Positions 1-25,247 of a stretch of 64,000 nucleotides of DNA are shown piece by piece. The notes under the pieces were generated by a model that made no database searches, had not been told where the DNA came from, and saw only the letters and a program-made list of their open reading frames with translations. This stretch comes from Eutreptiella sp. 'Long Island Sound 2002' (Eukaryota > Protista > Euglenida), in contig OZ038378.1 of the NCBI GenBank assembly GCA_964036045.1, positions 22,506,001-22,570,000 of the forward strand, given 5' to 3'. Both the position numbers and the translations under genes were made by a program. Position 1 is the stretch's first letter; the number at the start of each line of letters is the position of its first letter.

Positions 1-935
1 TTTGATATTCTGATCACCTTAAATGACCATTCAAGGTATTTAGAGCATGTTTCATTCCGTATGTATGTGCTTTTCACCCTAGTTGGGTATTGGGCGTGCG
101 CACGGGGGGGGGGGGGGGGGCTCCCAAGGGACTGGTACACAACCTGCTTATGCAGTTTTTCACCCTGGGCAGCTCAAAAATCGAACTTCCTGAAACTTAT
201 TTTTTTGATACCGCGATCACCTAAAATGACCATCCAAGCATGTTTTACCCCGTATTTATGTAGTTTTTACCCTATTTTGGGTGTGTGTTGCTTGGGGTTG
301 ATTCTTTGCGAGGTGGACTTGCCGAAGGCAATAGAATATGCTATGTAAAGCTTGTTCTAGCCCCTCTATATATGTTTTTCACCCTTTTTTGGTGTTGGGG
401 GGGGGTCCCATCGGGGCTAGGGCACAACCTGCTTATGCAGTTTTCCAGCCTTAGTAGCTCAAAAATGGAAATTTCCGAAACTTATTTTTTTGATATTCCG
501 ACCATCCATGATGATGAAATATCCCTATTTCAAGCATGGTTGCACCCCCTCTTTATGTGTTTTTCACGCTATTTGGGTGTTGGGGTGGGGGGGGCTCCCA
601 GGAGGGCTGGGGCGCAACTTGCTCATGCACTTTTACAGCCTCAGCAGCTCAAAAATGCAAATTTCCGAAAGTGATTTTTTTGACACTATGACCATCCACA
701 ATGATGAAATATCCTATTTAAAGTAGGTTTAAGCCCCTCTCTATGTGTTTCTCACCCTATTTGGGTGTGTGGGGGGGGTCCCAAGAGGGCTGGGGCACAA
801 CCTGCTTATGCACTTTTACAGCCTCGGCAGCTCAAAAATGGAACTCTCCGAAACTGATTTTTTTGATACTCTAACCATCCAATATGATGGAATGTCCTAT
901 TCAAAGCATATTTCAACCCCTCTTAATGTGTGTTC
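1..935. repeat. Diverged ~185-bp tandem repeat array (left part)
   Basis: The unit (gggctggggcacaacctgcttatgcacttttacagcctcggcagctcaaaaatggaaatttccgaaactgattttttgat...) recurs; the cagctcaaaaa core is near 170, 457, 647 and 828. Confidence 0.9.
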
Positions 936-950
936 CAGGCTCTTGTTGTG

Positions 951-3900
951 CACCTACAAGTGGTGAGGCTGTCTGAGCCGAGCCACAACCCCCATTTTTT
1001 TGCCCTGGGGGGCCCCTCGCGAAGGGGAGCTCCCCGTGCCGTAAGCCGCTACCTCTGCGGCTATGACGATCCCCGCGGCGGGTGGGTACTACTGGGGGGC
1101 AGCCGGGACGGCTGCTCTCCATATATGCAGCCGAACGGGGCATCCCGGGCAACGGTTCCGTGGCCTTCGTTCGCCCGGGTGTGGACCCTCCGGGCCTTCG
1201 GCGCCTCCGCACACCCGACTTGACTACTTCGACTACATTGATGACATGGACCAGGTCGATGACTCCGACATCAAGGACAACGCGGCGGTGGCACCATCGC
1301 CGGCACCGGGCTTCCGATCGGGAGCGTCAGGAAGCCCTGGACGCCCACTGGCATTCCCTGCCCCTCGCAACGGCGGCCGTTCCGGCGGCATTAGAGATGT
1401 TGGCGGCCGCGAACCGCCGCCAACGCCGCGCAGCAGCGGCCTTACACTGCAACGCCCCCAGGGTAGCGGCCGCACTAGCTGCCGAGTTCTCGGGCAGCCA
1501 GCAGGGGACATTTGGGGTGCCGCGGACTGGAGGGGGCGCGTCCCTCAGCACTTTGGCCCCACAGGCTCGGCTCGGCATGGAGTCATGGGCCGACCGCATG
1601 GACGCCAACGATGCGGCAGCAGAGACGGCCGTGGGGAGGGGCGGTGTCGCCCCCAGCCGCCCCGGGCTGGACATTGTTGACTTTTGGGGCGGCCATCGGG
1701 CAGCAAATGACGCCGTCGCCAGCGCTCCTAGGGCACCTGTGGCTGGAGGGGATGCCATCCCCCAGCCCCCGAGGCGCCGTCCTGAGTTTCTGGGGCAGCT
1801 GTCAGGCTGCAAGTGGCTTTGTTGGGGCGCCCGGGGCTGGAGGGGATGCATCCCCCAGCCCCCAGGGCGCCATCCGCGACACTTTCCGCAGCTATCGGGC
1901 TGCATGTGGTGCCGTTGCCGGCGCCTCTCGGGTGCTTGGGGTTGGAGGGGACACGTCCGCCACCCCCCCAAGGCGCCATCCTTGATATCTAGGGCAGCTG
2001 TCATGCTGCTAGTGGCGCCGTTGGGGCGCCTGGGACTGGAGGGGACACATCCCCCCGCCCCCAAGGCGCCGTCCAAGACACTTTGCGCAGCTATCAAGCT
2101 ATGTGTGGCACCTGGGACTAGAGGGGAAAAGTCCGCCAGCCCTCAGGGTACCTCCCTTGATCCCTAGGGCAGCTACCAAGCTACAAGTGGCGCCGTTGGG
2201 GCACTTGGGGCTGGAGGGTCCACATCCCTCCGCCCCCAGGGCTCCGTCCGTGACACTTTGCGCAGCTATCGGGCTACGTGTGGCGCCGTTGCCGGCGCAT
2301 CTGGGGCACCTGGTGGAGGAGGCGACGCGTCCGCAAGCCCCCAAGGCGCCATCCTTGATCTCTGGGCAGCCATGAAGTGCAAGTGGCGCCGTTGGGGCGC
2401 CTGGGGCTGAAGGGGGCGCATCCCCCCGCCCCAAGGGCTCCGTCCGTGACACTTTGTGCAGCTATCGGGCTGCGTGTGGCGCCGTTGCCGGCGCCTCTCG
2501 GGTGCTTGGGGTTGGAGGGGACACGTCCGCCACCCCCCCAAGGCGCCATCCTTGATATCTAGGGCAGCTGTCATGCTGCTAGTGGCGCCGTTGGGGCGCC
2601 TGGGACTGGAGGGGACACATCCCCCTGCCCCCAAGGCGCCGTCCAAGACACTTTGCGCAGCTATCAAGCTATGTGTGGCACCTGGGACTAGAGGGGAAAA
2701 GTCCGCCAGCCCTCAGGGTACCTCCCTTGATCCCTAGGGCAGCTACCAAGCTACAAGTGGCGCCGTTGGGGCACTTGGGGCTGGAGGGTCCACATCCCTC
2801 CGCCCCCAGGGCTCCGTCCGTGACACTTTGCGCAGCTATCGGGCTACGTGTGGCGCCGTTGCCGGCGCATCTGGGGCACCTGGTGGAGGAGGCGGCACGT
2901 CCGCAAGCCCCCAAGGCACCATCCTTGATCTCTGGGCAGCCATGAAGTGCAAGTGGCGCCGTTGGGGCGCCTGGGGCTGAAGGGGGCGCATCCCCCCGCC
3001 CCAAGGGCTCCGTCCGTGACACTTTGTGCAGCTATCGGGCTGCGTGTGGCGGCGCCGTTGCCGGCGCTTCTGGGGCACCTAGGGCTGGAGGGGACACATT
3101 CCCCCAGCTTCGAGGGCACCGTTTCTGTGCGTGCGGGGCGCCCATCAGCCTATAAACGCCCCTCGGGGCGCCCGGTGGCCGACCTACCCCCCCACCCGGA
3201 GGGTGTCTACACGCCCATAGCCCAGAGCATAGCCATGCGGGGCACTATGGGGGGGCGCGATGCACCAAGGTGCACCGGGGAGCACGGGGCGTCCCGGCCT
3301 GAGGTGCGACAGCACTGCACCTTGGCCGGGGGCCAGGAGGACTCCCTGGCATTTCCTTGCCTTATTTGCATGCCCCCCCCCCCCCCCTCCTCGGTGCAGG
3401 GGTTGGAGGGGCAGGCCATGGAGGCCATCGCGCTGGCGGAGGACAGTGCATCCGGCAGTGCTGAGCGACATGGCTCGAGCTGGAACTGCAGCGGCTGAGC
3501 CGCTTGCAGGCGGCCTCGTGTGCCGGCTCTGACGCCAGTCCGCTAACCGGATCCCGGGGGGAGGTGGAGACCGCAGAGGGCTCGGCCCTACTGACTTGCC
3601 TAGAGCCTCCAAGCCTGCCCCCCCCCCCCCGCCCGCGAGGGCAGGGGAGAGGCGATGGCGTGCCGCCGCTGCTAGTGCTGACGAGTGGCCCATCGTTGAG
3701 GCTCAATGGAGGAGCGTCCCCCCCCCCCCCCCCCGAGGGGGCCATCAGGATTGGGATTCCTCAAATGGGAGGAGGGGGACCGACATCACCCCGTCCCTGA
3801 AGAGGCGTCGGCTGGAGCGGTGGTATGGGGGGAGGGGGGCCACCGTCACCCCACCCCTGGGGATGCATCAGAGGGAGCAATGATGATGTTGTATGTGCAG

Positions 3901-4291
3901 GGGGCGGCCCCAGAGTCAATGGGGGCGGCGCAGGGCCTCCGCCCACGGCCGGCCCAGGGTGAGCATGCAGAGGACGGCCCCAGAAGGAAAGCAGGGCGTG
4001 CAGGGAGTAGGCCCAATGTGGGGGGGGGGGGGGGGCACAACCACCCCATCCCCGCTTTGGGAGGGTTGGGGGGGCACAAACCCCCCCTCGGGGAAGACCA
4101 CAATTTCCTCCTACCAGAGACAGGTGACCCACGCGGGGGTCGGTTTCGGCCCAAGGTGGGTTACAACCACCCCCTCCCCGCATGCGAGGCAGAGTCCGTG
4201 GGAGCGGTGCAGGGCCTTGGCCTATTGCCAGCCCAGGCTGGGTAGATGCACGCGCCGCATGCAAGGGCGGCCAGTAAGCCACTTGTAGGTG
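951..4291. mobile_element. GC-rich putative DNA transposon or non-autonomous element bounded by a 13-bp inverted repeat
   Basis: cacctacaagtgg at 951-963 has its exact reverse complement ccacttgtaggtg at 4279-4291. The interval interrupts the 185-bp array. No TSD and no transposase motif were found. Confidence 0.45.
1790..3100. repeat. ~95-bp minisatellite organised as a 570-bp higher-order repeat
   Basis: Subunits (gcagct...gtggcgccgttggggcgcctggggctggagggg...ccccaaggcgcc) occur every ~82-105 bp. gcgcctctcgggtgcttggg lies at 1921 and 2491, giving a 570-bp period. Confidence 0.92.
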
Positions 4292-4514
4292 AAGAAGGGC
4301 CGGTAGAGGAGGCTAGGGTGGGGTGGAGGGCACCCGGCAAGGTGCACGGCAGGGCAAGCATGGAAGAAACTTAGTCCCCTCCAGCTCGTCCCTCTTGGCT
4401 GCCGTGCAGGCACAGGCGGGGGGCCTGTAGGGGAGGACATGGGCGCCTGAACTTGACTCGGCCCACCTCCCCGCCCCTCGACCTCTATACATATACCCGT
4501 GGATGCTAAAAGAC

Positions 4515-4815
4515 GAATGCCCTCTGTATGTGTTTTTCACCCTATTCGGGTGTGGGCTTGGGGGGGGGGGGGGGGGCTCCCAAGAGGGCTGGGGCACAAC
4601 CTGCTTATGCACTTTTACAGCCTCGGCAGCTCAAAAATGGAAATTTCCGAAACTGATTTTTTTGATGCTCCGACCATCTACAATGATAAAATATCCTAAT
4701 TAAAGCATGTTTTAGCCCCTCTTTATGTGTTTTTCACCCTATTTGGGTGTTGGGGTGGGGGGGCTCCCAAGAGGGCTGGGGCACAACTTGCTTATGCACT
4801 TTTCCAGCCTCGGCA
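4515..4815. repeat. ~185-bp tandem repeat array (right part)
   Basis: Same unit as 1-935, with the cagctcaaaaa core near 4627 and a partial further copy. Confidence 0.88.
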
Positions 4816-5218
4816 TCTGAACAATGGTCGTCCGTCTCCTCTCTTTGAGGTGCCTTGCCGAAGGCAATAGAATTTTGTTTATGGCGGAGTGCGTTCAACA
4901 TGTTGCCAAAATGATAGAATGCATGATTATCCCCAGGGTAAGTGCATACAAGCCTCCCACCATTTGAGCCTTTTTTAGGGCAGGTGGGTGGGGGGGGGAG
5001 GGCCAGCTAGGGCGCTCCCACGACCCTCCACTGTGAGATTGGAGACCTGCCCACCCATGGAACAGCTTTTGACATGACTGGGCTTTCAGCAGATGCCCGA
5101 GGTCCCGATCCCGAAAGGTTAGGCTGGGGGGGGCGGTCACGTAAAATGGTCCACAAGTGTGTCCAAATCTTCGCACACATCTCACATCCACAAATGGGTC
5201 TCCGTCATCAATAGTACA

Positions 5219-6692
5219 AGGCTGCTGCCCTCAGCAATAGCACATAGGATGGCGTCATGGACGGTGCGGGGGTTAAGTCCGACGCCCAGCACCCAACCTC
5301 CTTCGAGGCGGCGCTCACCACAGAGGGAATGGTCCTGCGATGGGTCCCCAGTCTTGTCAGACCCAGGGGCAGGGAAGAGTGTGAGCGCATGCCCATGGAG
5401 CCGATGCTATCGCTAATCGCCCTTTATTGGTCACTGGGCTTGGCGCGGGCGGTCAATGTCAGGGGTCTTGCCACCAGGGCAGTCAGCCTCGTGGTAAGCA
5501 TGGCTGGCGCGGGAGTGGGGCACACAGCCGGGGGCGGTGTACCGCTAGCTGCAGGATGACGCCTTTGCCCCCCAGTCGTGTTCCTAGCCAGGCCGGACGG
5601 CGAACGTCCGCGAAATGGACGGGCTGTTGTGGGAGGCCCGGGGCCCCATCAACCTCAAGTATGCGGAGGCCCCAGAGCTGTGCCCGGAGGCATTCATGGC
5701 CAAATACGGGCGCCACTTGGTCCTCATGCTTGCCTCCAAGTTCACATCGGAGCTTCTGCGCAAGCGCGTGAAGGCCATGTCGCCCTCCTCCATGGGGCTG
5801 GACACATGGGGTCTGCAGGACCTTCGCTGCCGGACCGGGCCCTGGACTAGCTGGCCCAGCTGCTAGAGCAGCTGGTGGGGGAGGCGGGCCAGTGGCCGGG
5901 CTCGTGCGCCGAAGGATGCACGTCCCTCATGCCGAAACCCGGGGAAGCGGGCCCCTTGCCCGCTGACGGTCCTGTCCATGGTCTACCGGCTTTGGGACGT
6001 CTTGCTTTGGTAGGAGGCGTGGGTCCACGCCAAGGCCTATGGCTTCTGCCCGTGCCGGGGAGCCATCGACGGGGCGGGGGTCATGGCCGTCCTGTTGGAG
6101 CTGGCACTGCTAAAGGGGTGGAATTTGGCCGGCCTCAGCCTGGATTCTGCCAAATGTTTTGACATAATCCCACATGTTGTGGTCCCGAGGGAGGACTAGT
6201 GCGTGGGCATGGACTAGGGCACGCTGCGAGCCTTGGCGGCCGTGTACTCGCAGGCAGCCTGGGCAAGTGGTGGTGGGCCCCCGCGTGCAAGTCGTACCGG
6301 CGGCATAGGGGGGTGCGGCATTGGTGCTCCTGGCACCACGAGGGGCATCCTCAGGTGGTACCAGCAGCGGGGGGTGCGCAACAATGCACGCTCTTCAAGA
6401 TGGGAGGCGTGTGCGCCCTCCCCACCCCCCAAGGGGGGGGGGGGCGACGATGAGGTGGCAGCCTTGTAGAGGTCGGGCGCCGACTCGGTGTCCATAGGGC
6501 GCTTTGGGAGCCCGAGTCAGGGCCATGGGAGGGCACCGGGGGAAGATACCTGACCTTGGGGCCTCAGTCCTTCCGTTGTGCCGCGACCCTGGGTAGGGGA
6601 TGGGGGGGGGGGGCGGCGCGGCCAGCCCGTGACCCATAACCCCCTTGTTTAACCTGTCGCACAGCGTCCAGGACTTTAATCGGTCTTTGCCC
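5219..6692 (+). mobile_element. Decayed, truncated non-LTR (LINE-like) retrotransposon with reverse-transcriptase remnant
   Basis: Frameshifted RT motifs: LMPKPGEAGPL/PLTVLSMVYRLW (~5925-5995), GLSLDSAKCFDIIPH (~6130-6175, motif A) and TRGIL(Q)G-like (~6340, motif B). Flanked by the 14-bp direct repeat tcatcaatagtaca at 5205-5218 and 6693-6706. Confidence 0.85.
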
Positions 6693-7912
6693 TCATCAAT
6701 AGTACAGAGTCTCCCCCCACCCACACATCACATTTGGATTTAGCATCGCCACTGTTTAGTGTGGCGGTGCTGGGTTTGCCCACAGCTGCAGGTCGTACGG
6801 CACTGGCTGCTAGCCTAGAAGTTTGTAGCCAGCCTCGAAGTGTGCAGGGGGCAGGTCACCGTTTAATGGCGGAAATTACCTCTACCAGGGGGTCAGAGAG
6901 TGGGTGAGTGGGTTGGCCATCAATTAGTTGGAGCCAAAATCGTTGCCCCTCTTGACCTCCCCACTGGGGGTGTGGGTTTGGGTTAGGCTTGGTTCTACTG
7001 TGAGTTGAGGCTATGTTTGTGTGAGTGGAAAGGCCACAGTTCTTTTTTTTTTTTGCACAGTGGTTGTTGTTGTGAAATGTAATATATCATTGTAAAATGT
7101 AGCTGTGCTTGTGGTGCCATGGTCAGCCGTGCTGCCAATGCTCACCAGGAGCATGACAAGTCACAAGCTCATTCCCGAGCCTTGCAGCAGTAGCGGCGGC
7201 GGAACCACATGATGTTGAAGTTTACAACACTGAACATATGACGGTTCTGTGCAGCAGCAGCAGTGTTCTCGCACCTCCTATGGCTGGGAATGTTGCAAGT
7301 CCAGCCTTGGATGGTGCCCTTGAGGCCTCCCCTATTGCTGATGCAGATGTATCCATGTTCAGCGTGATAATAGTGCTGCTTCCCTTGCTGTTGCTGTTTG
7401 TGTTCTTGGCACCCCCAACCACAACAATTGGACATTTGGGGACATTGGTCCGGTACACCTCACATCAATAAAAGACTGATCACTGGTGGTTTTTCGGCAA
7501 GTCTGAAGTGCTCCTATTCTTTGTGTTCCGGTTTGTGCGTCTTATGAGTGGGTCAACCCCTCACCACCACGGGGGGGGGGGGGGGGGGCTGGCTGACTTG
7601 GTGGGCGAGTCAGGCGGAGGAGCCAGGCAGCCATCCCCCCCCGCCCCCGGTAACGGCAAGCTGTGGCCTGCCAGGGGCTTTGGCATCCCCTCGGCCACAC
7701 AGTCAGACACACATGTCAAGCAATGAGAGCATGAAGGAGACATGCTGAGAAATGCTACTGGCAAGCGCCAAAAAACACAGTCAAAATGCCCATGCAGTGA
7801 GTAACACTTGTATCTTGTATATGCAATGCAGTGCTGTGTCGCATGCTCAGAAGCAGCTGATGCTGTGTTGTTGCATAGAGGTCTGATGGATTTCTGTTGA
7901 CTATGGTTAGAA

Positions 7913-8100
7913 TGTGTTGTGTTGTGTTGTGTTGTGTTGTGTTGTGTTGTGTTGTGTTGTGTTGTGATGTGTTGTGTTGTGTTGTGTTGTGTTGTGTTGT
8001 GTTGTGTTGTGTTGTGTTGTGTTGTGTTGTGTTGTGTTGTGTTGTGTTGTGTTGTGTTGTGTTGTGTTGTGTTGTGTTGTGTTGTGTTGTGTTGTGTTGT
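7913..8100. repeat. (TTGTG)n microsatellite
   Basis: Nearly perfect pentamer run of ~37 copies. Confidence 0.98.
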
Positions 8101-8557
8101 ATTGAGGCAGTAGGCATGATGTGTGTAAATGTGTAGCCAGGATATGAGTTGTGATTCTGGTATAATTGAAAGTGGCCCTGACATCTATTGGACAGATGCG
8201 TGTGCCTGGCCACCCAGATGCAGGTGACCTGTCACTGAGAGATACGCTCCAAGACTGGTCTGTTAGTACGCCTGGTCCTCCTCCAAATCGGTGACAGGTT
8301 GACACTGTGATGACCCTGAAGTGCTGTGATTGCTGACCCCCTGCCCCTTGCCACATCGTAGTACCAAGGTACCAGTAGGCCCTCAGGGAGAACACGGCTT
8401 GCATCTCACACAACAGGGGGCACATCCGCAGAGGGTCCGCCTTCTCCAAAGGTGCCTGGGCCATGCGTTTGTCTTCCAGCCCATGCATTGTGGCCTGACA
8501 AGTTGTTTGCTTCCTTGATCCTGCCTTTGCCTGCAGGGTGTTGGTGTTGGGTAATCG

Positions 8558-8559
<2 letters not shown>

Positions 8560-8624
<65 letters not shown>
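8560..8624. repeat. (TG)n microsatellite
   Basis: Perfect dinucleotide run. Confidence 0.98.
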
Positions 8625-8625
<1 letters not shown>

Positions 8626-8729
8626 CTGTGTGTGTGCATGACCACGGATGTCTGCAGAAGGATGCCGTTATGGCTTGTGGGGGGCTTTGCCATTTGCCAG
8701 TTGCTTTCCATTGCTTCTTTTATTTCCAG

Positions 8730-21165
<12,436 letters not shown>

Positions 21166-23979
21166 TGCGTCGTTCGCCATCGCCATGGGGCGGGAAATCG
21201 CCATCCCGCACATCATCAGCAACGCCGTCACCAGCATAACGGACTCCCATTGCCGCCCCCATAGATGCAAGCTGCACTATGCATCCTCATGCAGGCCTGA
21301 GTGGCTCCGGGCAACCATCCACAAGAGTCCCTATTTTTATGCACGCAGGCATAGTCAGACCTTGAGTCCCGCTTGGGATGAGACAGGGATGGCCGAGGGA
21401 AGGGCGGGGTGGGGGGCGCAGAGAGATGGGGCAGCATGTGAGGACGGGGGACCAGTATGTTGTTCGCTCATGCTGTGTTCTCACATCAGCCAGAGGATGT
21501 ACAATGTTGGGGTAGCAGGGTAGCAGCACAAAGGATCATTCATTCCGAGGAAGGTGGCATTCAGCAGCGGCATGCAACTGGATGGGGTATGTTGGTAGGG
21601 CCTCCTTGGCTGGAGCAAGGAGCAGGAACCAGAACCAGGAACAGGGGCAGAGGTAGGGGGCAGGTGCAGCAACAGGAGCAACAGTACTAGACGTGTGCAC
21701 AAGGAGCCGGAACCGGAACAGTACCGCCGGCTCCGTAGCTTGCAGGGCCTACCGCACAAGCTAGCACCACTGGAACCCGCACACGCCCACTGTCTGCACC
21801 TATGATTGCTGGTAGATGTTAATTTTGATGGCCATCACCATCGGTATATACGCCTTTGCCTGGTCCCATGTGCCCCTTGGCTGCCGACCATGCTTGTCTG
21901 CAGATAATAAGATAAATAAGTGACCAGCATCTGGGCAGGAAACCTTGTACAGTATTCCGATTGCTGACCTCCCTTCAGTCTCCAGTGGATTGCAGCTGCA
22001 ACAAATGCACATGCCACAACAGCGCCACGCTGTCACTCCTGTCTGAAATTGATTAGGATTAGCATTCCGAGTCGCTGCACAAGGTTGCAAAGGATTAATA
22101 GCACCGACGGTGGGAACGGGATGGGGGCGAGGGGCACGAAAGTGTTCCAAATGGGGAGCGAAATGGCAGCATCATCAATGGTAATTGGGATGTATTTGCG
22201 AACCTGCGCAAGTGCGGAAGGAGCCCCCATTTGATGGTCGCTTCCGCATCGGACCCAAGCATCACAAGGCAGCCGGAGAGCTGACTCCGCTCCTCCCTCA
22301 CCGTCCTTCTGGTGCGCTTGAACACACAGAAAGACTTAAGGCTTGGTGGTGCTGCTATTGCTTCAAGGCTTCCTATGGGCCCAAATGGGTCAAGACAGGC
22401 TTAGAATGGCTCAAATACAGCTCAATATGGCCCAAGCAAATGGGTCGAAGGTGACTCAAAACACTTTTACTGGACGTTCTTCCTGCATCTCTTGAAGTGC
22501 AGAAACGAGCCCGTTTTGGCTTGTTCTGGCCCACCTGAGGCCCTAAATGCCTCCCAAATGGCCCATTTTGGGAGGGATGCAGGGGCCAAACTGGGTCCAA
22601 AACGCATTCTTCAAAAGTACCCCCAGACCGCTTGGGATCCTCGAACTCTTATTTGTTGCCTGTCATGAGACCACAGTAGCCCCTCTCGAAGTTTCATCGT
22701 TCATCTGGTCCCACCGCCAGCGGACACTGGAGGCCTAACCTTTAACTGTGCTGAATGCCCTGGGTGTGCCCTGAATCTCATCCAGAGAGGCAGCCGGACG
22801 TGGGCTCGCTTTTTCATGCCAAGCGCGGAAAAGGCATCCAAAATTCTGCCCCACACAGAATCCATACGTCCGTCTTCAAAGAATTCGTAATGAGGCACCC
22901 AGCCTTTGGCTGAACCTGGTTGAATTTCGACAGGGGAGGGGCGACATGCCCAAAGAAAGCAGCTGTCCCAGAGGGTTCAAACTGCCTCCAGGTGGTCAGC
23001 AAGCGTCAAGCGTCGCTGGTTAGTCACAAGTCTGGTACATGCACAGGCTGGCCGCACGCACATTGAGAATTACATCCTTTGTTCCCCAAGTGAACACCGC
23101 ACCAGCACGCCGATACCCAGTGGTCTTCATGTCGGCATCTGCACACTGCATCAGAAGATTGGCAAATTATTGCAGTCCACTGCAAAAGCTCCAAACCGCT
23201 GACCCGGTGCTGACAGAAAAGAATTGAAAAGGTGATGCACAATCTCCACAGGGGGTGCTGAGACATATGAAGAATGTGCGACCCGAACGCAGTGTCCTTC
23301 TGTTGATTGCTTGCAAAAACGTACGATGGATAGTGGGCACCTCTGCCCGGTTTGGTTCCTAGATTGTCTTTCAGGGCGTTGTCAGTCCACATGTTGTCAA
23401 GCTCTTCTGAGCATGTGCGTGGGCACATCTACAGGCTGACTGGTCTGTGATTTGGAGCCTACTGCAGGGGGTCTTCTGAGAGCAGGCAATCGCGAAGTAT
23501 TTGCACGCCTGTTGCATGGGGCTGGTGCAATCTTGGAGCATTTTGCAGGCACTCCTGCTCTTGTTGTGGAATGGTGAAGGTCTTTCCTATATGTTGTGCA
23601 CCACAGGCGGTGTGGTGGAGAATTTGAGATGAGAGGGATGTACACTCGTTATGACAGAGACGCAGCGGCTGAGTCATGTCTCGGAGGCTTGTGTCAACAT
23701 CGAGCAGGAATGCGCATGGTGCTGCTGCACCTTCTTGTGACTCATTTGGTGTACCCTCTTCTGGAGGTCCGGTGTCGGTCTTGGCACATTGTGGCTTGTA
23801 CTCCTGGTGTCAGGTGTATCGAAGCACAGGATCCCTGTCCGGCTGTTATTCTTGTGTGCGGTGCCCATGCTTCGCGCAGAAGGGTAGCTTATTGCTGCTG
23901 CTGCTGTGACAGCCCGAGTCGTCAGGACTAGAATAGAAGATACTGTGACGATAGAAGTGCGCCAGCTGGTGTTTTCCCG

Positions 23980-24100
23980 ATCCCGGGGCCACACGCCCAA
24001 CCTTGCCTTTTTTAAGCGGTGGGGCGGGTGGTCCGACACGCCCACCGCCATGCGCTATGCGACGGCCTTCAGGAACGGAGAGGTCCTCGCCCCCCTGTAG
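23980..24100 (+). pseudogene. C-terminal fragment of a tyrosine recombinase (YR retroelement)
   Basis: GHTPNLAFFKRWGGWSDTPTAMRYATAF resembles the YR C-terminal box ending in the catalytic Tyr (GxW.S....Y). The upstream part of the domain is missing. Confidence 0.6.
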
Positions 24101-25247
24101 CTCCCTAGGCCTGAGTCCGAGAATGAGGATGGGTAGTTGTGCAATTGCATTGCCGTGTGGGGAACGGCCATGTGCAGTGTGGAGGCCGTCCTGGGAGACG
24201 ATTGGTTTTTGGGTCCGGTCCATCTACCTCCTTGTCTGGCTGAGCTTCGCCCGTTTGCTGGCGTGGGTGAGCCGGGTGCGAGCAACCATGGCCCCCGGAC
24301 TGTTGGGGATGAGCAAACCGATTTTGCTTCCACCTCCGAGAGCGAGGCCAGCATTGGATCCTCCAGCTCAGGGGCCGAAGTCATCAAGCCTCCTGCTGCC
24401 GGGGCGGCCGCAACTGGCGCCCGGGCCGCCTTTACCGTCTAGTCGGGAGGGGAACCCGGGGTCCGTTAGTGCAAGCGGGCTAGACTCCCTGTGGAGGTTG
24501 GCGGCCCACATCTCATGCGCCCGGGACCGAAGCGGGTTGTTCCCTCGGGCGTCCCTGGTGCTAGCATAAGGGAGGGGGCAGCATAGCTTGGCGGTGGGAG
24601 TGGAGAGTGAGGCCGCTGCACCATCCCCCACACCCCAATGTTGTTTTGTGCGCACCCGCCCCCGACCGGCTAAAGGCGGGGCAGGACCACCCACTAAACG
24701 CCACCGTGCCGGGCAGGCTCCGTCCAAGAACCATGCAGCTCCGGCGGCGGGGCCTTCGGCGAAGTTCCAGGGCAAGGAGCGCCAAGCCTCCTGAGCCCAC
24801 CTTCCATCTGTATGTTTCTAATGAGTGTAGTCCGTCTTCAGCGGGGCACCCCCCCCCCCCCCCCACCTGAGGCGATCAGTTGGAATCCCCGTTGGGGGCC
24901 GGCCGAGACGGGACCCAGTCGGCTGCTCGGCGACCCAGGCGTGCCAGTGGGGAGTGCCTCCACATTCTTTGCCCACAGAGGCACCCACGACCGCAGGGGT
25001 TGCTGAGCGCCGCCGTGGACCGGCGAGTGAGGTTCCCATCCCACCGGAGCCCCCCCCCCCCCTTGCCCAGTTCATGCTGGCGTTGGCGCCTCATGTCCAA
25101 TGCCTGGCGAGGTGGTTGGCTTGCTCCCAGCAGCTCCTCTTGCGGTGCCGTGCTAGTCTTGCGCCTTGTTTCCACGGCGGAGGATTGGCGGTTGCAGTTG
25201 GCGATGGGGGTGTGGGTGTCCGGGTTGGGCGAGTTGCGTGAGGAGGT

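Noticed and set aside
1082-2167. 361-aa ORF as a gene
   Set aside because: GC-rich and largely minisatellite-derived, with overlapping ORFs in several frames and no recognisable domain.
4066-4107. GGTNPPSGKTT as the missing uridine kinase P-loop
   Set aside because: The spacing is wrong for GGxASGKT, there is no hydrophobic strand before it, and it lies in C/G-run-rich TE sequence without suitable splice sites.
22700-23600. Minus-strand ORF fragments as part of the YR retroelement
   Set aside because: Opposite strand to the element, with no gag, YR or RT motifs recognised.
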